A DNA stretch of 64,000 nucleotides, taken from NCBI GenBank assembly GCA_050287085.1, contig JBNKBE010000005.1, forward strand, positions 96,001 through 160,000, in the 5' to 3' direction. The first letter of the stretch is position 1, and every line of letters starts with the position of its first letter. This document shows positions 52,001 to 60,025 of this stretch, in pieces. This DNA comes from Polyangiaceae bacterium. Its GTDB lineage: Bacteria; Myxococcota_A; Polyangia; Polyangiales; Polyangiaceae. Under the pieces are notes generated by a model that saw nothing but the letters and a program-made list of their open reading frames with translations, searched no databases and was not told the DNA's origin. The position numbers were made by a program, and so were the translations under genes.

Positions 52001-55000
52001 TTCCCAGTACGGTGCCGATCCCTACCTCAACGGCAACCTGGACGAGCTGTGGCTCTCCTGCCGTGCCTATTCGCCGCAAGAGATTGCTGCATTGGCGGCT
52101 CCGGTGTCCAGCTGCGGCGACGCCACGTGCGATGCATCCGAGGATTGCTCGACTTGCCCCGCCGACTGCGGCGCTTGCCCAGAAACCTGCGGAAACGGGA
52201 CCTGCGCTCCTTCCGAGGATTGCTCGACTTGCCCCGCCGACTGCGGCGCCTGCCCAGAAACCTGCGGAAACGGGACCTGCGCTCCTTCTGAGGATTGCTC
52301 GTCCTGCTCCGCCGACTGCGGCGTCTGTCCAAACCCAACCCTGCTGGACGTGGACTTCGCTTCGGGCGCAGCTGGATTCACTTATGTAGACGACGCGTTT
52401 CGAGGGACCAACCAACCCGCCTACGCTTCTGGCGAAGTTATGCCAGGAAATCTACGAATCTCGCTCGGTGGGGTCAACGGAAGCGCGATCACGAACATGT
52501 CCGGGGGTTGGGGCTCGACGTTTGAGCTACCCTATAACGCTACCGTTGATGTGCTGGTGGGATACGCGCTCAACGCCGCCCTCAACTATGAGGACAACGA
52601 GTGCAGCGAAGTCCTGATCAGCGTCGACGGGCAATTGCTCTGGTCAGCTGGCAGAGACTATGCCGCGCAGATCTGCAGTGGAGGCGCTCAGTCAGGCACC
52701 TTCACAGCCACTACCCCCCTGCTCTCCGCTGGCAGTCACACTGTGCTCGTCGGGGGCTTCAACAATCAGAAGACCGAGCTCGCTGAACTGACCACAATCG
52801 ATATCGACGAGGTTCTCCTCGTTGCCGGCGCACCAGAGTGCACGAGCGACTCTGACTGTGATGATCTCGACCCCTGCACCGACGACAGCTGCGGCCTGGG
52901 CTCTTGTGCCAGCGTCAACAACGGCTCTTGTCCGGACACCTGTGGCGACGACCTTTGCGGTAGCGGCGAAGCCTGCGACACCTGTCCAAGCGACTGCGGT
53001 CTGTGCGCGAGCGGCGCTAGCCTCATCGACGCCGACTTCGAGAATGGTGTCCAGGGCTTCCTGTACCAGGACGACGCCTTCCGTGGAACCAATCAACCCG
53101 CCTACGCAAGCGGTTCACGCGTAGCAGGTGATCTTACGATCGCCCTTGGCGGGCTCGACGCGGCAGCCGTGCAGAACATGTCGGGGGCATGGGGCAGAAG
53201 CTTCTCTCTCTCTCGGGCCGCAACTGTGAACATCGCGCTCGACTACTCGCTCACCGCCGCTCCGAATTACGAGGATCCGGAATGCAGTCAAGTGCTCGTC
53301 GCCATTGACGGTCAGTTGGTCGGCGCGGCAGGCAACGACTACGTCGTACAGCTCTGCAGCGGAGGAACACAGTCGGCCGTATTCAATGCCGCAGTCGATC
53401 TGGCGCAAGGCATTCATACGATCACCGTCGGCGGCTTCAACAATCAGAAGACGGAGCAGCCTGAGTCAACCACCGTCGCCATTCACTCGCTCACGGTCAC
53501 AGGACCCGCCCCGGAGTGCAGCGTTGATGCCGACTGCGACGACGGGGATCCTTGCACCGACGACAGTTGCATGGCCGATGCGTGTAGCCACCTGGACAAC
53601 GGCAGCTGCGATCCGGAAGACGTGGCCACCTACTCGATGAATGACGCCGGAGGTAGCACCGCCGCGGACATTAGTGGACACGGTCGCAACGCAACGCTGG
53701 TGGCCGGTGCGACGTTCACGGCACAGGGTCTCGTGGGTGGGGCCGCGGAGCTCAACGGGACGGGTGGCTACGTCGACCTGCCAGACGCAGCGCTCAGTGC
53801 TTGCGACGACTTCACATTTGCCGCATGGGTTTGGCTCGACCAGAATCCCGACTGGAATCGGATCTTTGACTTCGGCAACGACACGAACACGAACATGTTC
53901 TTGACTCCGAAGGTCGGGGGTACCAACGCGCTGCGTTTTGCCCTCAAGGTCCCAGGCAACAACGGTGGTGCAGAAGAGCAGGTTAGCTTCCCCATGACCT
54001 TCCCCCTCAGCACCTGGACGCACGTTGCACTGGTACTGAGCGGCAACACGGGTACGCTATACGTGGACGGCTCACCCGTTGCTTCCAACACGCTCAATGG
54101 CAACCCGTCCGACATGGGCGCCACCGTCAACAACTGGCTCGGTCGCTCGAACTGGCCCGACCCATATATGGACGGACGCTTGGACGACGTTCACATATCG
54201 TGTCGGGCGTTCACTGACGACGACATTGCGCAACTGGTTGCCGGAAGCAGCGATACCGTCTCTCGCCGTAGTCTCTTCGAAACGACCCAGGCAGCCGTAT
54301 CGCAGTTCACTCTCGCAGAAACGCTCGGTTTCGCCATCACGAACGCGGGCCTGAGCGGGGACGCAAACACTGTATATCGTCAGCTCGTCGATAGCTACGC
54401 CAGCGCGCCCGGCAATCTTGCGAGCGCAATCCACTGCGGCGACGAAAGCACAAACGGCGTGCCGACGCTGAACGGGTATCCCATTGCCTGCGACCGCCTA
54501 GAGGCGCAGCAAGTTGACAACCTAGACCAATGGTTCGCCACGGCGCTGGTCAATCGCATCGACCTCACCCCTGCAGACGGCGCGCACTGCGGCAATCAGC
54601 GCATTGCATTTGCAAACAACGCGCCCATCGGAAACGGCCGCATGTTGCTCATCGTAGAGGCTCAAGTGCCCAATCCGAACCCTGTCCAGGGGCGACTGGG
54701 GTGCAAGCCAATCGCCGACTTCTGGAAGAGCCTGGAGTCCGTCAGTGATGCTACCGAGCGCGGTCTTCGCCTGCGCGAGGCCTTTTTGAACGGCGGCGGA
54801 GCTGGCTTCGCTCCCTTCATCAATGCCTTCAATCTGACCCAAGGTACCGGTCAGATCCGAACGAACAACTTCAACGACGAGGACTGGACGTTGCGGGAGT
54901 TCAAGTTCGAAATATCGGGCACGAGCAGTCGCATCATCCCCGGTCCCATGGGGGACGCGCCGCCGGGTGTCCTGTGGAACGATACAGTCAACACCCCAAC

Positions 55001-55457
55001 GGGCGAGGCGTGTCGGGCCAACTTTCTCACGGCGCTCGACGGGCTGCTTACGGATGAACCGGGCGCGATGCACTTCGTGGTCGACGAGGCCTGTCGCGAC
55101 TCCGAGAGTCTGAACGACTTCACCGCTCAGAACTACCCCATGCACCTCTTGGCGGGTGATCCAAACGGATTCCAAGCTGAGTTAGCTACGCGTCTACAAG
55201 GCACTGGACTAACGCCGGTCGACATCGCTACCCGCGCGCGCTTCGCCGGTTCTTGTATTGGCTGTCACCAAGAGTCGCGAGGCAATACCCTCGGCAATGG
55301 AGTTGCCGCGCCCTCGTCTTTGAGTTTCGTGCACATCGAGGAGCGCTTCCTCGAAGATTGCGCCGACGGCCCCTGCTTCCCGATATCGCGAGGTCTCAAG
55401 GACGTATTCCTCCCCTATCGCAAGCAGGTCCTCGACGCCTTCAGCACCATGCCCTAG
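49059..55457 (+). CDS. Secreted multidomain copper radical oxidase (galactose/glyoxal oxidase family) with LamG, Cys-rich and C-terminal CxxCH domains
   Basis: Signal peptide; FCAAG, RWYAT, RNYHS and THSFNMGQR active-site motifs; APPGYYLLF (DUF1929-type Ig); three LamG repeats (WxRIFDFG, NWLGRS); CIGCH near the C-terminus. Confidence 0.9.
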   Translation: MARRTLLLALSSLMASSAAFTAAAQTLPVAIPNPPDPLMDGLAIPDDAASVGMWSESKSWPLVSIHSALLPDGSVLTFGSPVGQGAQDGRTFVRWNPWTGTTTTTPNSQGVNSFCAAGVLQPTSGQMLISGGNESMSSTLFDYRTGTPNTDPSQLAADRWYATMTMLSDGRTLITGGSFPYAINVWQNPDSTQSLADVSMTPEIYTPGAGWSSLFGANSRTAFGPDFNRWWYPRQWVAPDGNVFGVSSEKWWRLDPTGDGAIIASGNFKTGRDDTTRPNIGPTSTAVMFDIGKVLQVGGNAYTNEHDVVSSERATVFDINSGNPVITDVASMQFRRTWVNSIVLPTGQVVVTGGTQFGDRGDPYANYQAELWDPDTETFSGLASASVIRNYHSTTILLENGAIFSSGGGVPGPVTNFNYEIYYPPYLFTAANGPDTLAPRPQLVSIEGTRFAHGSSFEVELADGSPLSRVALIGLSSTTHSFNMGQRYVPASFAQSGTMLTVEAPSANLAPPGYYLLFAVNDAGIPSRGVIIAIAEGGCSNDTECDDGNDCTLDQCTDGLCSSTNQCTDPVAFYPFEQGGEDAANHGNDATLQGGASIVAGHSGNAVSIDGGAQYVDLPDGIVSQCEDFTFAAWVYLDDNQDWNRIFDFGTGTDVNMFLTPKVGGQNSVRFALKTPSIGAEEQITFDYQFPLATWKHVSVVLEGDQGRLYIDGAEVATATITGNPMEMGATGNNWLGRSNWPDPQMNGRLDDVIVSCRAYTGTEIGALAAPCTTGAECDDGDPCTDDLCADGSCSYADNGSCQPSDDPLATYAFDAGPGATDGSGNGNDGALMGGATLAADGVSSGSVALSGANQYVDLPDGVLASCSDFTFAGWVRLNTKADWSRIFDFGSSTTTNMFLTPKVGGADTVRFAIKVPGINNGFEEQISAPFAFPLGTWTHVAVVLDGDTGTLFIDGTAVATNTIAGDPSALGSTINNWLGRSQYGADPYLNGNLDELWLSCRAYSPQEIAALAAPVSSCGDATCDASEDCSTCPADCGACPETCGNGTCAPSEDCSTCPADCGACPETCGNGTCAPSEDCSSCSADCGVCPNPTLLDVDFASGAAGFTYVDDAFRGTNQPAYASGEVMPGNLRISLGGVNGSAITNMSGGWGSTFELPYNATVDVLVGYALNAALNYEDNECSEVLISVDGQLLWSAGRDYAAQICSGGAQSGTFTATTPLLSAGSHTVLVGGFNNQKTELAELTTIDIDEVLLVAGAPECTSDSDCDDLDPCTDDSCGLGSCASVNNGSCPDTCGDDLCGSGEACDTCPSDCGLCASGASLIDADFENGVQGFLYQDDAFRGTNQPAYASGSRVAGDLTIALGGLDAAAVQNMSGAWGRSFSLSRAATVNIALDYSLTAAPNYEDPECSQVLVAIDGQLVGAAGNDYVVQLCSGGTQSAVFNAAVDLAQGIHTITVGGFNNQKTEQPESTTVAIHSLTVTGPAPECSVDADCDDGDPCTDDSCMADACSHLDNGSCDPEDVATYSMNDAGGSTAADISGHGRNATLVAGATFTAQGLVGGAAELNGTGGYVDLPDAALSACDDFTFAAWVWLDQNPDWNRIFDFGNDTNTNMFLTPKVGGTNALRFALKVPGNNGGAEEQVSFPMTFPLSTWTHVALVLSGNTGTLYVDGSPVASNTLNGNPSDMGATVNNWLGRSNWPDPYMDGRLDDVHISCRAFTDDDIAQLVAGSSDTVSRRSLFETTQAAVSQFTLAETLGFAITNAGLSGDANTVYRQLVDSYASAPGNLASAIHCGDESTNGVPTLNGYPIACDRLEAQQVDNLDQWFATALVNRIDLTPADGAHCGNQRIAFANNAPIGNGRMLLIVEAQVPNPNPVQGRLGCKPIADFWKSLESVSDATERGLRLREAFLNGGGAGFAPFINAFNLTQGTGQIRTNNFNDEDWTLREFKFEISGTSSRIIPGPMGDAPPGVLWNDTVNTPTGEACRANFLTALDGLLTDEPGAMHFVVDEACRDSESLNDFTAQNYPMHLLAGDPNGFQAELATRLQGTGLTPVDIATRARFAGSCIGCHQESRGNTLGNGVAAPSSLSFVHIEERFLEDCADGPCFPISRGLKDVFLPYRKQVLDAFSTMP
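52137..52331 (+). repeat. Intragenic 75-bp tandem repeat (~2.6 copies) encoding SEDCSTCPADCGACPETCGNGTCAP
   Basis: Units start at 52137, 52212 and 52287; the first two are nearly identical at nucleotide level. Confidence 0.9.
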
Positions 55458-55500
55458 CCAAGACGGCTGCTAGGGGAGCCGCTACGCCGACGCGCGTAGG

Positions 55501-55538
55501 CCCCACCCGACGCAAGTCGGCGTGGGGTTTGTCTTTTT
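55501..55538 (+). terminator. Rho-independent terminator after the oxidase gene
   Basis: CCCCAC-CCGAC-GCAA-GTCGG-C-GTGGGG stem with GNRA loop, followed by TTTGTCTTTTT. Confidence 0.85.
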
Positions 55539-55620
55539 GGTGACTGTACACACGACGACAGATAGACCTGCATTCCCACAAGCCTGGATTATTCCTACAC
55601 ATATCAAATGAGCGGCGACT

Positions 55621-55676
55621 CCGTGGGGGTGCGCTTCGGGTCAAGCGCACTCTGCTGACCCCCAGCAGCATCACGG
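55621..55676 (+). ncRNA. Candidate structured RNA (three-way junction with complementary loops)
   Basis: CCGTGG/TCACGG outer stem, 10-bp stem with loop CGGGTC, TGCTG/CAGCA stem with loop ACCCC; no match to a family I recognise. Confidence 0.3.
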
Positions 55677-55841
55677 CTTATTGCGAACGTCCGAACGTGG
55701 CACGACATTACACGGAACACTCGACGCGCGGACGACCTAGGGCCAGTCTTTGAAGCCCGACCGACTGCAGTGGTTGGCTCTAGCTGAAACGTGCCGAGAG
55801 CCGGCTTGCCTGCACTGCACCCGCGCATCGCAAACACCTCC

Positions 55842-57617
55842 ATGTTTCAGAAGATCCCCCGCCGCGTCGCCGACTCCCCTCTTGCTTCCTCGCCCATTCG
55901 TCGCAACGACGGCATGTCCGTGGAACCTGCGGCCCTGGCCCTTTTCTGTTGCGCGCTACTTCCTGGTGCCATCGCGTGTAGTGATGGCGGGGCTGCAGTC
56001 GCGGGGCATGGGGGAGCCACCTCTGGCGCGGGCAGCGACGCCGCAGGAATGAGCGCCGCGGGACCACTGGAGCCCCTCACTGCTGGTGCGACGGCGTCAG
56101 AGGCAGGTGCTGGTAACCCTTCGTCGGCAAGTGGCGGCACGCCCTCCGGTGGTGAAACGAGTTCTGATGATGTCGCAGGTGCACCCTCCAGTGGCGAAGG
56201 TGGCGCAAACCCGGGAGCGTCCCAGGGCGGTGGCAACGCAGGTGCGGACGAGGCGGCGGGTGCAGCGGGTGAGGCAGCTACCCCTACGGACGAACCCGCT
56301 CCCGAGCTCCCCGCGGGTGTGCTCAAACTGTCGCCGCAGCCCGGCGCGAGCGCCGCTTGCTTGGATCCCGCTCTGATGATGCGCTTCGAGGACCGAGTGC
56401 GTCTGGCAACTCGCGGCCGCTTTCTGCTCTACGAGGAGGGACAAGCCACGCCCGCCGCGTCGGTGGATTTGTCGCAGGACAACGTCCTTGTCAATGTCGG
56501 CGGTTCCGAGCTGCGAGTTCCATTGCCGGTATTCGTGGCCGATAGCGGTGCCGACTATCGCACGGGGACCGAAGGAGACGCCGTATTCGTCACCTTCGCC
56601 AGCACGCTCACCCCTGGGCGTAGCTACCGCGTTGAACTCGAGGGCACCCCCATCATCAACAGTGCCGGAGACGCGCCGGTACCGGCTGAAAGCTTGAGCT
56701 GGACCTTCACCACGCAAACCAGTGCCCCTTCCGGCTCGCAGCTAGCAGTCGGCTATGAGCCCGGCGCAGATTATTGCACTCTACAGGCAGCTATAGATGC
56801 GGCCTCGAACAACACCACCTTAGACATCGGTGAGGGGGTCTATCACGGCTTGTTACGGATGAACGACAAGCAGGGCATCGTCCTGCGCGGCTCCGACCGG
56901 AACCGTACACGCCTGGTCGGCATCAACAACGAGAACCTGAACGGTGGCACTCGCTCCCGCCCGCTGGTCCTGGTTCAGTCCGCATCGGATCTGACCATCG
57001 AGCGAATGACAATCGCCAACCTAACACCTCAAGGTGGTTCGCAGGCTGAGGCGCTGGCGCTGATGGACTGCGAGCGCTGCGTGGTTCGGAATGCGACGAT
57101 CGAAAGCCTGCAGGATACTCTGCTGTGGGAGGGTCGAATCTACGCTGAAGACTGCCTGATTGTCGGCAACGTCGACTACATCTGGGGTCGTGGTGCCGCG
57201 TACTTCTCCCAATGCGAGATGCGCACGGTGGGACGCAAAGGGTATAATCTGCAAGCGCGCAACGCGGTGGGCGCAGCGGGCTACGTGTTCGTCGATTCAA
57301 AACTCACGGCTGACCCCGGGATCAACGGCGACGTGCTCGCGCGAATTGATGTCAGCGCCTACCCCGGCAGCCAGGTGGCCTACGTCGACTGTGAGATGGG
57401 CAGTCACATCGACCCCAGTGGCTGGCTCGTCACGGGTGGCGGCTCCACGAATCAACTGAGATTCTGGGAGTATCAAAGCCGAACGCCGCAAGGCGCTCTC
57501 GTCGACGTGAGCCGGCGACTGCCCGGCTCACGCCAACTATCTGACCAGGAAGCCGCCCAACTGCGAGACCCTGCCAACGTCTTGGGTGGCTGGACGCCCC
57601 CCACAGGCGGCCAGTAA
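55842..57617 (+). CDS. Pectinesterase-family (CE8-like) lipoprotein with Ig-like domain and low-complexity linker; start uncertain (55791/55842/55914)
   Basis: AIAC lipobox-like motif; CTLQAAID, QAEALAL, LQDTL, GNVDYIWG, GYVFVDS, LARID. Confidence 0.85.
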   Translation: MFQKIPRRVADSPLASSPIRRNDGMSVEPAALALFCCALLPGAIACSDGGAAVAGHGGATSGAGSDAAGMSAAGPLEPLTAGATASEAGAGNPSSASGGTPSGGETSSDDVAGAPSSGEGGANPGASQGGGNAGADEAAGAAGEAATPTDEPAPELPAGVLKLSPQPGASAACLDPALMMRFEDRVRLATRGRFLLYEEGQATPAASVDLSQDNVLVNVGGSELRVPLPVFVADSGADYRTGTEGDAVFVTFASTLTPGRSYRVELEGTPIINSAGDAPVPAESLSWTFTTQTSAPSGSQLAVGYEPGADYCTLQAAIDAASNNTTLDIGEGVYHGLLRMNDKQGIVLRGSDRNRTRLVGINNENLNGGTRSRPLVLVQSASDLTIERMTIANLTPQGGSQAEALALMDCERCVVRNATIESLQDTLLWEGRIYAEDCLIVGNVDYIWGRGAAYFSQCEMRTVGRKGYNLQARNAVGAAGYVFVDSKLTADPGINGDVLARIDVSAYPGSQVAYVDCEMGSHIDPSGWLVTGGGSTNQLRFWEYQSRTPQGALVDVSRRLPGSRQLSDQEAAQLRDPANVLGGWTPPTGGQ

Positions 57618-57711
57618 CGAGTGCGAAGCAACTGTCGGCGGCTGCCCTGACTAGAGAGCATGGCGACGGTCGGAAACGAAAGTTGCGGCGACAACCCCCA
57701 GCTCGACTGAA

Positions 57712-58614
57712 CTACAGAATGTTCTGCCCCAGGGCAGAGAGAACCAGCGTTACCGCCGTCTGGGCTGTTTCGTTGCGGACATCCAGCATGGGGTTCACCT
57801 CAACGACATCCATGGCCCCCAACCGCGTTGTATCCGCGATGTGCTCCATCAATAGATGCATCTCGCGAAAGGTGATGCCCCCGCGAACTGGAGTCGCCAC
57901 ACCAGGAGCATGACTCGGGTCGAGCGCGTCGATATCGAGACTTAGGTGCAGGTGCTCACACTCCGCAAGGTGCGCAAGGGCCGCCCGGGCCACTGCATTC
58001 ATCCCGCGTTCATCGATGTCCCTCATCGAAAACGTAAGGATACCTGACTCGCGCAAACGAACGCGCTCGCTCCGATCAAGCTGCCGTACTCCGATCAACA
58101 CGACGTGCTCAGGCCGGATCGAGCTTCCCTGGAAGCCAACGTCGACCAGACGCGGATCGCCATGGCCAACCAGTGCGGCAAGGGGCATGCCGTGTATGTT
58201 GCCGGACGGCGATGTCGCAGGGGTGTTGAAGTCAGCATGGGCATCAACCCAGATAAGCCCAGTATGGCGACCCCAGGTCGAAGCCGCCACGCTGCCGACG
58301 GCCACCGAATGATCCCCCCCCAGAACGAGAGGGAAGCGCCCTTGGCTTAGAGCCTGACAACACTGAATAAACAGTTGCTGATTCGCCGCAGCAATAGCGT
58401 CCATACGGTCCTCAGGAACCACGGACACTGCCGGCAAGACTGGTATGTTGCCCGCGTCCGTAACGACATGCCCTTCTCGCACCAGCGACTCGCGCAAGCC
58501 TGCGTAGCGAATCGCGGCAGGGCCAACGTCTGTCCCTCGCTCCGTCTGGCCCAGATCCAAAGGCACACCTATCACGTGCACATGTCGGGACCGCTCGTTG
58601 CTTGCAGCGTTCAC
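57712..58614 (-). CDS. rocF: Arginase
   Basis: LGGDHSVAVG, WVDAHADFNTP, SGNIHGMP, SLDIDALDP, APGVATP, VEVNP. Confidence 0.95.
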   Translation of the reverse strand: MNAASNERSRHVHVIGVPLDLGQTERGTDVGPAAIRYAGLRESLVREGHVVTDAGNIPVLPAVSVVPEDRMDAIAAANQQLFIQCCQALSQGRFPLVLGGDHSVAVGSVAASTWGRHTGLIWVDAHADFNTPATSPSGNIHGMPLAALVGHGDPRLVDVGFQGSSIRPEHVVLIGVRQLDRSERVRLRESGILTFSMRDIDERGMNAVARAALAHLAECEHLHLSLDIDALDPSHAPGVATPVRGGITFREMHLLMEHIADTTRLGAMDVVEVNPMLDVRNETAQTAVTLVLSALGQNIL

Positions 58615-59801
58615 GATGAATCCTTTTCACCTGCGTCAGAAGGGCGTTGAAGCGAGGACCCACCGTCATCCCCGTCGACCAAGTGACGTTTGAGGTTGAC
58701 CAGGAAGTCCTGCACATTCGTGACAAACGCCTTCGCTTGGGCCGAGCCGCGATTGGCCAACTTGTCAGCGACAAACTCAGTGGTATCCACGGCCACGAAT
58801 ACGACGGGACGCACGCTTCCGTCGTCTTGTACCCGGTAGCCGGGGATCTGGTTGCCAAACGCAATCGAGTGAAGTTGCGTGGCCATCGCTATCACACAGG
58901 TCGCCCGACGCCCATGTACCCGCATCGCGTCTTGCGCTTCGTACGCATCGGAGAGCACCTCCGGCAACGGTCCGTCGTCGCGAATTGACCCCGCCAATAC
59001 GTAAGGCACGTTCGTCGCCTCCAGCGCCGCCATGATGCCGGGGTCGTCACCAGGCCAGCGCTGCATCAGCTCCGCGATCGATCCGGCTGCGCGTGCGGCA
59101 TTCAGCACCTCCAAGTGATGATAGTGCCCTCCTCTATGGGAGCGTTGGTTGTACACGTCCTGTCCCAATGCCGTGCCAAAGTGCCCCGCCTCCAAGTCAT
59201 GGGTGGCAAGCGCATTGCCCGCCAAGAGAGCATGACAATAGCCGTGCCGAATCAAGGCTCCAAGGCTCTCGCGACTATCCTTGTCGAAAGCGATGGCAGG
59301 CCCCCCTACCCAAACGATGTACCCGTGCTCTCGATCGTGTCTCAGGACATCGTAGAGCCACTCATAGCTGGCTGAGAAGGCGCTCTCGCGGGAGCCGCGC
59401 GTGCGAAAGGCAAACTTGTCCTGATTTTCGTTTTCTGGGCTCTGAGAGGTGAAGCCGTCCACATGCACGAGTAGCCCTTCGCTTCCATCTTCCGAACGAA
59501 CCACAACCACGCTATCGCCCCGCCGCAGGCGACGCGGCTCCACCACCTCCAGACACGCCGACGCCTCGGGCGTTGCTTCCCGAAGGACTATTACGGCGTC
59601 CATGCGACTCTGGGTCAGTAGCGTCCAGGTGCCATTCGGAAGTTTGACGTACTCTGGATGATTCGACGTCGCATGAAAGCCATCGGGGGCAACGCCGTCG
59701 GCGGGACAGGGCGCCATCCGAGCTGGCGGTGCGCACTGCAGCGCGCGGCTGTTGAAGTCGGGGGGACAATACGGCGGCAAATACGGTGGCAAAGACGACA
59801 T
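58611..59801 (-). CDS. LOR/SDH-domain (TIGR00300-like) putative ornithine cyclodeaminase
   Basis: DGVAPDGFHATSNHPE, RMDAVIV, GGPA, LAGNALATHDLE, GTALG, LAGSIRDDGPLP, ATQLHSIAFGN, KLANRGS. Confidence 0.85.
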   Translation of the reverse strand: MSSLPPYLPPYCPPDFNSRALQCAPPARMAPCPADGVAPDGFHATSNHPEYVKLPNGTWTLLTQSRMDAVIVLREATPEASACLEVVEPRRLRRGDSVVVVRSEDGSEGLLVHVDGFTSQSPENENQDKFAFRTRGSRESAFSASYEWLYDVLRHDREHGYIVWVGGPAIAFDKDSRESLGALIRHGYCHALLAGNALATHDLEAGHFGTALGQDVYNQRSHRGGHYHHLEVLNAARAAGSIAELMQRWPGDDPGIMAALEATNVPYVLAGSIRDDGPLPEVLSDAYEAQDAMRVHGRRATCVIAMATQLHSIAFGNQIPGYRVQDDGSVRPVVFVAVDTTEFVADKLANRGSAQAKAFVTNVQDFLVNLKRHLVDGDDGGSSLQRPSDAGEKDSS

Positions 59802-60025
59802 GAGGATAGGAAAGCGGCGCTGGAGTCTCGTAACTTTCAAGCGTAGCACGCCCACCGGACTCGTCCCGAACCCCCAGAACACGGTTGCCCCCCGACGCCT
59901 CCCTTCCGCTATAATCTCCAACGGGCCAATAGCCTATGGTATCCCACACCCACCATCTACAGAGCCCAATAGCACGACTGATGGTTATCCTTCTTCCGCC
60001 GGCCGCGGCCGGGTTGCTTGCTCCA

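Noticed and set aside
55698..55713. Sigma-54 promoter (TGGCAC) upstream of the pectinesterase gene
   Set aside because: The -12 TTGC element is absent at the required spacing.
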